A stretch of DNA of 64,000 bases from contig OZ004615.1 of assembly GCA_963924565.1 (NCBI GenBank), positions 5,890,001-5,954,000 on the forward strand, written 5' to 3'. Source of the stretch: Ascidiella aspersa (Eukaryota). Position 1 is the stretch's first letter, and each line of letters starts with the position of its first letter. Below, piece after piece: positions 11,018 to 23,748 of the stretch. The translations under genes and the position numbers were made by a program. The notes below the pieces were generated by a model. The model searched no databases, was not told the DNA's origin, and was given only the letters and a program-made list of their open reading frames with translations.

Positions 11018-14000
11018 CTGGAAGATTACGTATTAAATTACATGGTGCCTACCCCATAGCGTAAATACGTAAGTACAATTATAACGCAATCATCTGGTTG
11101 AAAATTGAAAACAGGAAAAATATAAGGTGGTTAATTAGTAAACACTTCGAATCAGAATTGTACAACTAGATAATTCTATAGTTTTATAATTCAATGAGTT
11201 AGAGCAAAATGTGACTAATTCTAGTCGAATTGTGAACTGTTTGTGTGCTCTGATTCCAGTTCTAATCCAATTCGGATTTTACAAAAAATGCTACTTTACT
11301 TTGTCCAACGGCATTTTTAGTCTCTCAGTCAATACAAAGAATTTCAATTACTACTCTTTGGTTGTAACGACTAGTATGTAATTTTTACAGTCTGAAAAGC
11401 ATAAAAAGGCATAAAACTGTCACAAACATATTTACCACTGACGTTCCTGTTAGAATAATTTGCGATTTAATTAAATTGATTGTGAATAATTAAATGCAAT
11501 TCTAGTTAAAATTTGATTTTTTAAGAATTCGGTAATTCTCATTCAAATAAATCGAATTCGAGAAAGCTCAAAGCAATCTAATTTCAATTCTAATCTAATT
11601 TGGAAAAAATGAAATGCTCTAATTCTAAAAAGCTAAAAAAAAAATTAGTTGTCGAAGTCTAGATAACAACGATGAAAGATTGTACCATGACTTGTTGTAA
11701 ACGTATAACTCATAAAACGTAAAAGTAATATCTGTTAATAGTAAAGTCGGCAAACAAATTCAAACTTGGAAAAGAACTGTTAAAAATTAATTAATAACAG
11801 GTAAAGAACCAAAGTTTTTCGAATAAGGGCAGAATATGGATATGTTATAAGTGTGACGCACTGTAAAAGCTATCAGGGGGTTATCAGCAACGGCCCTCTC
11901 TAAATAATGTACACTAAAATAAGGTATACACAGCGATAAGGCAGGGTTTGTGTGAACTTTGTCGTTTGTTCAGCATCGCGAGTGATAAGAGTACAACAAA
12001 CAATTTTAGTGCCCTAATTAAACAAAATTGAAACCAAGGTTGCGTTAAATATTTTTTATACGAACCCACATAAATTGATTGTCTGTGATTAGTCTACGGA
12101 ACGTTTAATATTTTGGTGGAAATCGAAATTAAAACCTACCCAGGGTAAATTATTAAGGTAGTTCAAACATCAGTTTAAGCCAAATAACAAATCCACTTTC
12201 CACTCTTTCTGTATCGTTTCGCGCTTCAATTATTATATGTAAAAGGTGTAAGAACTGAGATAGTTACAATCACATTTAAAGCAAACATGATAGAAAACTA
12301 TGGTTTAGGAAAGACCTGTAACCATAATTTGCATAGCTGTAGCTCAAATGACGGTATAATCCAGGGGTAGGGAGTTTTTCTGCTTATGGGGCCGTAAAAT
12401 CCGATTGTTTTTGGCTGATTTTCATAAGAGCCATATAATATTTTCCAACATCAAGCTAAGGTTGGCAAAATAGTGATTTGAAATCATTTAAAAAGGCCAC
12501 ATAATTCTTTCTTCAAATCGGGATTTTCTTCGAATTGGCCTACAGCCACGTGGAAAAGTTTGCTATTAGACTATAGTTTTGAATAGTTTCCATGCGGAGA
12601 CAGTTATGCAGCGACAACCTACTGGAGATCATTAAGCGATATTGGGCTTTTCGATTTAGGCAGACTGGAAATTAAGCTAGAACAGGCGGAGCCCGAAGAA
12701 AAAAAACAGAATCCTTACGGCGCAAGTGAAGCAAGTCTCGTGCCACTGTGCCTTGATTGCTTCAACGTAGTGGTCTCCAGCCTCAATCGGAAAGCCGCAA
12801 CCCTTGCACATTGTGCTGAACAGCCTGTTGTAGTCTGCAAAAAGAAGAAGAAATAAATATGGTAATAAAATAATTTCCAACACGAAAAATTTTCAAGTTA
12901 CGAAAATTAATCTAAACGTTACTTTTTTTTTCTCTTTTTTTTATGTTAACCAGATTTTTAATGGCAAGTTTTATTGAAGTTTTATATCTTATTAAACTTA
13001 ACTGGTCAACAGTATTTCTTACAACGTGGGTAAATGCCTATTGGTGAAGTAAAATTTGCCCTCCGTGTCTATGTAGCTTTCTATTAACATTCAAAAAAAA
13101 CTTTTTTTATTTCGGTCAGTTTTATCCAGGGCTTTTGTAACCTAATTTTAACACCTATACAAAAAATGTGAAGAATAAAAATATATTTCAAGAAGATTCG
13201 TTGGGAATTATTACACGGTTCTACCTATATTGAGGTGAACTAAGTTTATACCGAGAAAAAAGTGTTGAAAAATGTGAAATGGGGCTAATTAGCACCAATT
13301 ATGTACAGGCAGCTTAAACGATTTCTCCAACAGGTGGTGATATCTATGAAATGGGCAATACTATCAGAGCTTGTAATACATCCATTGACAACAAGTTCTG
13401 ACAAAAATGAAGAGCCAAATATACGAGTGACGTAGCCCAGTGACTCATGTACTCCCGTTGATAAATAATTATCGAGACTGTTGATTGGCAAAACATCACA
13501 CCGGAATCATACCTAATGTGTGTTTCTGCTTATTATCCTACGGTTAGATACGTGACTTTCGTAGGCCTTGTTTTCGGCATCGCAATATGTTAAAACACAA
13601 GCGCTCATTCATCGAGTCCGTACTTATATCACGGCAATCGGGTTTTGCGGGTTCGACTCGCTGTATATTTGTTGGGCTCGAAGCGGCAAATGAGAAAGTC
13701 GTTTTCACGCACAAAACAACGCGTTCCTTCGGCGAGATAACATCGCACAAGTTCGACTTTACGAAAACCGATTTTTTTTGTTCGTAGGTCGGCTTGTTTG
13801 TGCGAGGACGGTAAAACACGTGAAAATTCCACAATTCGTTCGACGGAAACGCGATGAAGACTGCTGTCTCGAATTTAGGATTTAGATTTTTTACTGAATG
13901 TTGTATTGTCAGCAAGTCAATAGAAGCGAACTGATCTTTGCAAATAAGATCGATATTGAGTTTTTGTTATTTATAAACCCATAAACCCAGGGATAAATGA

Positions 14001-17000
14001 CTTAAAACGCTAGGCATGACATAACTATGTTGGGCAGAAATTACTAAAATTGACCCAATCATTTTGAGAAAACCATTGGATTTCAGTTTCTTTTTTCTTC
14101 CCGTGAACCCCGACCTATTTAAATTTAACTAGATATAATTTACAATCAATATAATACATAATTTTGGCAAACTTTCAGGTGATTTTTAAACAAGTTGTAA
14201 TAGCATTGACCCCACAGATGTACGGAAATTTCGTTACCTAAACGTCATGGGTCTAACGGCAATACGATTTACAACATCCGCCCTTAAACTTCGAAACCCC
14301 GCTACGGTTAAATACCCCACACCTTCCCGGTTGAGAACCTCTGCCTTAAACGTAAAACTCTCTGAACTTACAACTTTATGCATGCACGACATTACTATTC
14401 CCCCGGCCGTTAATCAGGTTTACGACTCTTCAGGAAATCAAAACGCTTTCAAGAGTTATACCAACGCAATAGTAAAGTACAACGGGGTGCATCAGCTTAC
14501 CTGCAACGCAGTAGGGCTTATCGTGCTCCATTTGGAATACGCCGTCCCGGAATGGTTTCTCACAAGCAGTACACACGAAACAGTTGACGTGCCAGTCCTG
14601 GCTCAGTGCGTGCATCACTTCCTGTTAAGGCAACAGAAAATACAATTGAGCATCTTTAAAGCTGCTATTCGTATATGTCCGATTATTATTAAAGTGTTAC
14701 AACAATCAGGTTGCGTTTTGATATGGTTGGGTAGCCGCCTGAAATAGTTCACAAAATTAAACAATAAAACTGAAAGTTTAAAAACCCGAGGGAACCAGGA
14801 TACGACATTTTTCAAAGGAATGTGTATTTCGCTTATACTGGAATCGTCAGTTCCGTAATTCGAATAGTTTATGTACAAACAGTGATCGACAAGCAGAAAC
14901 CTGTTGCCAATGGTTTTGGATTCCATAAAGATACGCCTTTTTTACAAGATTAGGTTTGTTAAGATTGGTTCTGAGCAAGATTTCTCCAAAAGACATTGCT
15001 AATTTTGCGTTTATGATGCTTTTAGTTAGGTCGCTAAAACCTCGCTGGAATACTTTCACTAAGTATATTTGATCGCAACAAAAACGGTTGAGGAATACTG
15101 AGTTATAAAGTAATAGGAACCTAATAAAAAGCATCCATATCTTCATCCGCCGATAAATATTTAAAAGGTGACAACTAATTAAGCGTATGCGGAAAAAAAT
15201 TAGAAACCAAGTATAGGCCGAATAACGAAATCTAATGAGGCGCTTATGGCTATCTATGCAGGCCGCGTGCTCTCTGCATTCGTCAACGGTTTTAATTGCG
15301 TGGGCCAGTGTTATTTTAAGTGCAATCAGAAATGGAAGACAAAACCCAAACCAGCGTGTAACAGAGCTTCCGAATTGAATTGACTGGGTTTATGCGTAAT
15401 ATGTGGAGATAGATGCTGATAAGCATCCAATGTGAGATATCAATCAATGTGGGATGTAATCAAAAAACAAAAAACGATTTAACTGCAACTCAGTTTAATT
15501 CTACAATTCAATTGTTCATAGATTAAAAACATGAATAAAGCCCGTACAAATATTAAAAGCAATTCTCTGCGTGTAGCTTTTAAATTTAGCATGTTACATT
15601 AACAATAGGTTGTGTATCGTCAAAAAATATTCACAAAACAGTTACAGCAGATTTACCCGTCAAATACAGTTTTGCTGGTGTCTGTTTTAACCAAATGGGA
15701 CAATGTTGATTTGGATGATAGAACCCCGTTTGTTTGTTTTTCTCTTTCAGAATATAATAGGTGGCAGCTGGGTCAAATAAAAATTGAAATACCCAGATTA
15801 GGGCTATGCAGGATTATCACAGTGAAGCCAACACCTGATAACACGTCATAGTGGCAAAAATCGTAGAACACCTAGGCTAAAAACGGTGCCATATCAATCC
15901 GCTATATGCATTTCAGCTACGATTAATGATCAAAGGCAAATATTCTACCTTGAATCGAAATTAGTGAAAAATCATAAATTCACAGTCGAAAATAAATACA
16001 CTTTCCATAGTTAAATCAAATTTTATCCTAATTTTTCCGAAAACATTGCAGTAACACGTGTTATCATTAACAGTTTTTTTCGAATTTAACTATACAATCG
16101 ACGTAATTTAGTATCCGATAAGACGGCCGCACTTTGCCCCCGAAATATATTGGATTAAACTACAGAGTATTGGACATCGCTAAACCCAATTGCAATATAC
16201 ATCACGCGCAAATGGGTTAGTCGCCTTACAGGGGTGGGGATTCTTAAACCTTTTTTACCGCGGACCCTTAACATTTTTTTGGAATGACGTCATAAATTTA
16301 CGTCACAATACAAATTTCGGTCCAAAAAATGTGAAAGTGAAATGGAGTCTTAATACATTCAGTGCAAAACCGTTTTTTAAACTGTTTTCTTTGATATGTT
16401 AATTACTTCTTAAATATACACTAATATTTCGATTAGGCGTTCATGGACCCCATAAAACTAGTTCATAGACCCCCAATGGTTCCATGGACCCCAGTTTGAA
16501 CCTCTGCCGAAAAAGATGGGATAAGGGATCACCTGCCAAACACCTGGGCTAAATAAATAGAGCAGCAGGCAAACTCACCCCGACGATTTTCATCCTGCAT
16601 TTTCCGCAGCTCTTTGCGTAGTAGCGTTCGTAACATCCGGAGCAGTAGCGTCCGCCTTCTTCCTCGATGAAGCCGCAGTCTTTGAGCGGGCGACGACAGT
16701 TTTGCGACGAACAGACGAACTCGTCCGGGTGCCAGTTCTTGCCCTGCGCCGTGAGGTAGGGGCCCCTGGTACGTAAGTTGGGTTAGGACTGGGTCAAGGT
16801 CTTTGAAACGATTTTTAAGGTACTTTAAAACGTTTTTTTAAGTTATTTTGAAACGATTTTTTAAGGTACTTTGAAACGGTTTTTAAGGTACTTTAAAACG
16901 ATTTTTTTCTAATTTTGGGGTAGACATTTAGGTATTGCAACTTGAACATATTTTTCGGGTAACAATATCTTTTTTTAAAAACACCCATAAGGGGTGCGAG

Positions 17001-20000
17001 AACTGTTCTAAGAAGTGTGGGGATGCTGAATGAGACACAATAATGTATTATTGTAATTTATTTCTTTGCGCAATTACCTGTAAAACTAACTCATATTTTG
17101 GTATTGTGTTATTGTGTTTAGTTACTTGTATAAAAATAAAGTACAATGCCAATGGTTTTGTTATTTAAGCAATTCAAGAAGGGGTTGCGAGAATAAGTTG
17201 GTGATTTGAAAGGTGTGCAGCAAGGAAAAAGGTTACGAACCACTGACCTATAAGGTTATTCCGATACTTCTTGTTCAAATTACCACAAACAATACAACAA
17301 CGGAGAAATCGCATAAGAAAACAGGCAGCGAAAACTTGACACGTTTGCAACAAACCTGATAAGCTGTCGACATCCCTCGCATATGAGGTCTTGTGTTGAG
17401 GTGGTGCTCGTGTTCGAAACTGGCACTGTTACGACGCTGCGTGGGGGCGGGGGTAAATCATCCATGGGTACAGGGTCGGCGGCAGCCTGGGGCAAAAAAA
17501 AAACAGATGACGCTTTAGGGTAGTGGTTCCCAACTTTTTTGACTTGCGGCACTCTAAAAAAATCTTAACTATTTTGCGGCACACTTTGACCAGAACAACA
17601 ATAGAGTAATTTTATAATCGCCCTTAACACACGACAAACTATATGTAAATGTCTCAAAATTATTAGTTTGTAATGAACATTGCGAATTTAAGTCTAAAAT
17701 GCTTGAATGTATGCCTATTGGTAATATAAAATACTCTCTTTTCCGGAATACCAAAAAGTTTCGCGACACACTTGACAATCTCTCGAGGCACACTAGTGTA
17801 CCACAGTTTGGGAATCACTGCTTTATAGGGCCTTCTTGGTGGTCGGAAAGTTATAAAATTAAAGTCAAATGAGCTAAGCCTAATGGGAAAGTAAAACATA
17901 TATATACTAAACAATATAAAATACGAATTCAAAAGGCATAACTGCTCATTCAAATTACCAAACAGGATATAAGATTTGGGTTGGGTTTTACCCTCCGCCA
18001 GCCCGTTTTTAAATTGGGTAAATTTTCGCTGCATTCTTTACAAATCGACAAAACATTAATAGAAACACGGCTGCCAAAACGTTAAACGGGCGTAAAAAGA
18101 TTTCGGTGCTTAAAAGTGTGATTTTAGGATTTGTGAATTTCGCGTGCTCTTGGTGCAAATTTTGTTTCCAACCTTTTCACTATTTTTATTTTAAACCTTT
18201 TTACAATATATTTGTTTACCTTTGTTCAGGTTTTTTCACGATAATCGTTCTTTTAAAAGCGAAAGAGCCAACGAAGCAAAATGCGTTTACAGTATAAGAA
18301 CACCGTGGTGCCTCATTATAGGCCGACTGAAATTAGCCGATGACAACGAATTGATTGCAAGCAAACATTAGATGACTATAGCCCGCGGTGAAATTCACTT
18401 TTGTGGCCTTAATTACACCATCGTTTTGCTGATCGAGCTACGCAGGCTTCGTAAAACATGTCTGCTGCATTATAATCGACAACTTAGACGGGAACAACAA
18501 GTTCCGAATTAATCAACTTAAACGACATATCACGACAAATTGGCTGCGTTTTTTGGGGGGTTATACGGAAGTTAGGAATGGTCGACACATTTACCAAATT
18601 CATTTTTTTCTGAATTGCTATCTTTAGTTTTATACATACAAAATAACAAAGTCTTAAAAAATTAATACTGCTTTCATAAAATATTATTTGCACGCCTTTC
18701 ATTTTTAAAACAATCTAGCTTTTAAGCCTTAACGTTTTCCCCCAACCTAGGCTGCAAACACGTGTGCATAATATCAGCACCGGATTTACGCTAATAGGTG
18801 CCCAAAGCACTTACAAGATTGTGGTCCACTCTATATATGTGTAATTCAAAATTAGAAATGAGAACTAAAAACAAAACTTAACTATTCGATAAAATCGACA
18901 TTTTTCTGTTTACAGACGTTTCACCAATACCTCATGCGATCATCAGTGTAAAAATACAAGTAAACTGAACTAATTTAAAACAAACATTTGTATATATTAT
19001 ATTTTACCTTAAATCCGTTATCTTAAAAATATTTGGGTAGAACGAATATTAACTTAAATGCGACAATAATTGTTTCACGGGGTCCCCTTTTCCGGGATGC
19101 CATAAGCACGTACTTATATTGCTTAGTGGTTAATCCAGCCCTGATTAATTAAAACCACATAATTATGAAGTCATACTGGCCAACCGTAACGACTGCTTGG
19201 CAAATAGAATTGTCCTTTTTCAGTTTGGTGAAAATAGGTTCAGATTTTCCAGCATGTTTCTCTCACCGTGTGAGGTTGGTTTTGGAGCATGGATGAAGGC
19301 GGAGGCGGAAGAAAATCGTCGTTTCGTTTCTCCTGAGGGGGATTGACTTTGTTCTGCGACGGTTGCCATGGTTTCTGGGATCAAGTCGAAACTTTAGACT
19401 TTTAAACTCCAAGTAAAAGGATAGGAATGTGTATATGTTTTATCCGAACTAATTTGACGGTTAAGGCTTAGTAGGCTATGCAAGTAACAAATACAATTTA
19501 AATAGCGGACATTAATTTTCAAGATGTATGAAATGGACAAGTTCTTTCAAGCAAAAGTTATTTTTAACCGAGTAAATTTTGGATAAAGTAGTGTCATGAG
19601 GTAGATTGTTCGTTATAAAAAATTAATTTTGTAAAAAAAAAAAAATTAAACTACGGAATCACTCGATCCCAACGGTCAAACTTAATGAGCACGAGTATAT
19701 TTTTTAAAATTCGACCGTTTGGTCTTTAACTTAGTTAAAGTGCTAGTCTGGCGTAGATTAACTCGCGGCAAAAAAACACACAAATTAGCTTAGGTGCAAT
19801 ACTTACGGAGGGAATAGTTACGGTCGAGGTAAAGGTGGAGGGTTTGTTACTCGACGGGGGTGACGAGTAGTTTTGTGTGGGTGCCGGGGCGACGGGGGCG
19901 GGGGCAGAGTTTGCTTCACCAGCACTGCAAAATGAACTATAAGTTACATTGACCATGTTTAATTGGGAGTAACTATGGCGCTGGTCTAGAATCCTACCAC

Positions 20001-23000
20001 AATCATTAAATCAACGCACAATATTTGGGTTAGGGTGGGTCAAATATTATTATATTCATAATTTATTAATATTACTTGACCCACCCTAACCCAAAACGCT
20101 AACCCGCACCCTCAACCAAATATTGTGCGTTGTGGTAGGATTCTAGACCAGCAACACGTGTGTTTACCACATGGGGCATTTTTTTGGTCACTGTGTTTCC
20201 TAGTTCACATAAACAATACCGCCAAATATAGCAGTTTGTTAAACAGGGCGTGCTCATCAAAGTGTTAATCTAATTTTTAATATATTCGTGTATTGATATT
20301 TGCGAAGGCTTGGGCGTCATGCGACGTTATGGAGTCAATTTAATTAAGTGTGTGACGTGTTTGAAGAGTCGCGAAAATTTAGAAAAGTGCGACGACGGGA
20401 AAAAAAGCGATACAGGTTTAAAACAAGTTATAAAGGAATGAATGTAATAAAGAGGAACTGTTTCCTTAATAGGGGCTAATACACTCGGTAATGGTGAGAA
20501 CAATTTCATATTTTAAAATGAATTTCGCCTATTCTTAGCGGTTACGGAAACACTAAAAATATGTAAAAAGATAGCTAAGTATCGTTTAAAAGGGGAAATA
20601 TAGCGTACTAAACCTAATAAGTGGCAAATTGCGTTTAATTATATAGGAGCACAATTCTAATATGATCAACTGCAAATTTATCAAACATCTCACTTCAAAA
20701 ATTTGAAACTTTTAGTATTTTACTTTGGATAAAAACTTTAGAATAAGTTTCATCTATCATTTAATCGTTACCATACTTAAAGCACCAAAGTTTGTCAATG
20801 TAATACGTCTATCCTACTTCTAATTAAATACAGCCTCAAATATTGACCAAAAAACGTTATTTAGCACCTTTTTATCGTGAGGGTTAATTCTGAGGTGGAC
20901 GACTTAACGTGGTTTTGAGCCTCCAGATGCGAAAGGTTGCTGGAATCAACGCCATTAATGGACTGTATGACATCACCTGGCTTTAAGCCCTTCTGGCTGG
21001 CCTTGCCGCCCGGGGTTACCTGAGTTCAAAAAACAACTAAATGAGAGGTCACTTCGGTTCACGTGAGGTGCTTGAAGCTCGGTGGTGGTGGTAATATGTC
21101 TATGTGTTAAGGCTTTAAAGCCTATTATACGTGATCTAACGTAAACAAGGCTATCACTGCAAGTTGACTTTGCAAGTTGACTTTGCAAGTTGCATTGCAA
21201 GTTAAACCATCAAGGGGGGTCAACTATTTAGGGTTAAAGTTGCATAAAAAGGGATGGTTGTACGTTAAAGATTGAAAACTTTCCGAATTTTGTGGCAGAA
21301 ACCAATCTTTGCAGTTTTTAAGATAAAAACGGCAAACGTTGAATAAAAATTTGCAACAATGTATACTTTTTTTAAGTAGAGCACATACATGTTTTTTTTT
21401 TTTTTTGTCAAACATGCTTATGGGCCTTGTTAAACTTTTGCGCTGTGCAAATTCAAATGTGCTCTGTATGTATGTCAGTTTGCAATATCAACCAGCTTCA
21501 AAAATATTACTCAAATAAAGTTACTTTTGTTGTTTTATAAACTGGTAATAAAACAAAACAATAAACCTGTCTTTATACATACTTTTAAAAATGCTAGGAA
21601 TTGCAATTTTAGGTCGTAGTGTACACACATTAACGTGATGTTGCACACCGGTTGCAGCCAAAATGCAACGGCCTGGTGGTAACGTTTTTGCACGGGACGT
21701 ATGCCAGTAAATTTTGTTGCAGCATTCCCGTCACGCCAAATAAGGACGTGGCAAATAACTGCCAAACAAATACGGTCCCAGTTGTGGCTACAGCATTCCC
21801 AGCGCGACGGTAAATAATTGACATTACGCCGAGGTCGCCCGTTCTAGCAAATTCGATTTTAACAAGTAAAACTCGATCTCTAAGCTATTTCAAACCAGCG
21901 GGTTCCAAATGTTTAAAATAGAGCTTACAACTTTATTAAATATATAGCCTATAAATTTACAGATTTATCTGAGTTTTGTAAACCATGCAAAATCAAGATT
22001 CCGATAAACTGTTTTTTTTTCTTTCAGGCAAAAAAAACATTTTGCCAAATAGCAGCATGTGGGATAGAATACAAACCACCATTCAAATTTGAAATCAATA
22101 ATAAATTAGAAGAAAAAAAAATGGTTTTAAACCTCGGTCAACCGGTCTCCACTATTTTAATGGGTGTTTCGGTACACTGTGAATATGTGTCACAAAACGT
22201 CGCTTTAAATGTGTAAAAGCGGGTCCCTCTTAGGTGGTTATGCAAACAGGATAGTGGAAACCGCCACAGATAGCAGACAAACTCTGGTCTTGACACATTG
22301 CGGCGCTGTGGCATGTATAACGTCTGTTGCCGCTATGGCAGGATACAAGTGCGCGGTCGTCTGCCATTCACACCACTTCCGCCAATCGAAAATCGCTATC
22401 AATAGCAAGAGACTTGGCCCACCTGAAAACTGCAAAGGACGTCGTATTGAAAGCGATCTTAAACCTCAATCAAAACGTCGCCTACGGTGTTGGGAATTGC
22501 AAGTTTAAGTTTTTGCGTAAATTGCAAAATCGAAATTACATGATGACGTGTTTCGGATTTACAACTACTAAAATAAACAGGCAGATTGGCAAAAGGTAAT
22601 AACTGGACGCGGAAACTGGTGTATTTCAACGTCTGTTTTTGTGGTAATACACTAAACCGCACAATTTTAGTTCAGGGAGTAAAACGGTAAAGCCATGTAC
22701 CAACCACCTCTGTATAAATAAAAAAAAAGGAAGCCTGTATAATAAAAGCAAGGCTGAAAAACGGTACTGCAATTACAATAGAGCCCATTTGGCTAGCAGT
22801 CATCAGCCTTACGACAACATGCCCTCTATTTCACCGGCGGCTTGGCCGTTACTGACCGACATTCTATTTGTCGTTCGCTGTTGTTTTAAAAGTCGTCACG
22901 AGCGAAAATAACGAGGTTAAGATGATTTGAGAGCGCCGTCGCCGTCCGTTTGCCAAATAAGGCAATGGGTTCAGTCGAGCGCGACCGCTTCGAATGCCTA

Positions 23001-23748
23001 GTATTGTGTCGTCACAAAACGGATGCGCGTTTCAGTGCGCACGAAAACTTAGGGGCTGCTTTTATTCCAGCAATTCAGCAGGCAAGCGTTGGCTAAAGCC
23101 GGTGGCTTGTTTTTGCCAGAAACGTCAACAAACACGATACTGTTGAAAGGTCGCACGTCGCAATTAAGCGCGGCCGAAACGGGCAGGTGAATTTCGAACC
23201 CTGCACCCAAGTTTTTCCATATAAGTCGATAGTTCACAACAGTCGCGTTAAGGCGAATTTGTGGTTTACACTGAGGACAGTTTGAAGAAACGGCACAGTC
23301 CGGGCAAGGTGTTTCTAGTTTGATTTTATCAACATAATATGCTTGTCGAGTTTATCATAATATGCTTGTCGAGTTTATAAGTTATAAAAAGTGACAATGG
23401 TTGACCTGAGTTTCACGCCTGTACCTAAAACAATACGTTATTTCTGAGTTGTACAGCATTAGACCCATTACTATAGGCACACACACACTCGGTATTGCAG
23501 CAAACTTCCTAACATTTCCAAAATGATTTTAAACAAGGAGAGAAAAAACATAAACAGTTATCACACAGCATATTTAAGGATACAAACGATATTATAACTA
23601 CGAACTGCACAGGTTAAGGAAATGTCCATCTTCTGAGTCAATATTACCATCACTTTACCTTCGATATTGCCAAGCTTGCGTGGAAATCGCTGCCACCGAC
23701 CAGTCGAAATCCCCACGGACTGCCACCGCTCAATGTTACAACGCGCAT
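10925..23748 (-). CDS. PDLIM5/7/LDB3: Enigma-subfamily PDZ and LIM domain protein (1 PDZ + 3 LIM), 371 aa; complement(join(10925..11017,12719..12834,14501..14621,16579..16765,17356..17486,19267..19374,19807..19924,20868..21019,23659..23748))
   Basis: N-terminal PDZ with PWGFRLVGG and LSHLEAQN; three C-terminal LIMs ([18 protein letters not shown]; [16 protein letters not shown]; [24 protein letters not shown]). 1116 nt, all GT-AG, phases consistent. Confidence 0.95.
11153..11661. mobile_element. hAT MITE family 2, older copy
   Basis: Colinear homology to 24945-25475 along its length (e.g. shared tttgtccaacggcatttttagtctctcagt); TIRs degenerate. Confidence 0.88.
12719..12834 (-). CDS. PDLIM5/7/LDB3: PDLIM exon 8 (LIM3)
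   Basis: [39 protein letters not shown]. Confidence 0.95.
14501..14621 (-). CDS. PDLIM5/7/LDB3: PDLIM exon 7 (LIM2)
   Basis: [40 protein letters not shown]. Confidence 0.95.
16579..16765 (-). CDS. PDLIM5/7/LDB3: PDLIM exon 6 (LIM1, start of LIM2)
   Basis: [62 protein letters not shown]. Confidence 0.95.
16796..16908. repeat. ~22-bp minisatellite, about 5 copies
   Basis: Unit aaggtactttRaaacgattttt. Confidence 0.85.
17356..17486 (-). CDS. PDLIM5/7/LDB3: PDLIM exon 5 (linker and start of LIM1)
   Basis: [43 protein letters not shown]. Confidence 0.9.
17521..17820. mobile_element. hAT/Charlie-like MITE
   Basis: tagtggttcccaa...ttgggaatcactg; TSD ctttaggg/ctttatag. Confidence 0.8.
18909..18952 (-). 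ncRNA. Minimal type-I hammerhead ribozyme motif (Penelope-associated type); stem II degenerate
   Basis: UUUACA-CUGAUGA-...-GAAAC-GUC-UGUAAA; stem I is a perfect 6 bp. Confidence 0.65.
19267..19374 (-). CDS. PDLIM5/7/LDB3: PDLIM exon 4 (linker; symmetric phase 0-0)
   Basis: [36 protein letters not shown]; cccag|...|gtgaga. Confidence 0.8.
19807..19924 (-). CDS. PDLIM5/7/LDB3: PDLIM exon 3 (Pro/Ser linker)
   Basis: [39 protein letters not shown]; ttgcag|...|gtaagt. Confidence 0.85.
19980..20152. mobile_element. Palindromic MITE with ccctaaccc motifs
   Basis: 23-bp TIR gctggtctagaatcctaccacaa; copies at 40305-40506 and, truncated, at 63940-64000. Confidence 0.85.
20868..21019 (-). CDS. PDLIM5/7/LDB3: PDLIM exon 2 (PDZ end)
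   Basis: [50 protein letters not shown]; ctcag|...|gtgcta. Confidence 0.93.
21736..22962. promoter_or_regulatory. Two identical CArG boxes (CCAAATAAGG at 21736 and 22953) in PDLIM intron 1
   Basis: Match CC(A/T)6GG; CATTCC (MCAT core) at 21723 and 21794. Confidence 0.55.
23659..23748 (-). CDS. PDLIM5/7/LDB3: PDLIM coding exon 1 (PDZ start); acceptor places the exon start at 23755
   Basis: [30 protein letters not shown]|gtaaag. Confidence 0.93.

Noticed and set aside
20026-20115. Telomere-like GGGTTAGGG/CCCTAACCC motifs (also about 40365 and the window end)
   Set aside because: Isolated motifs inside a palindromic MITE family, not telomeric arrays
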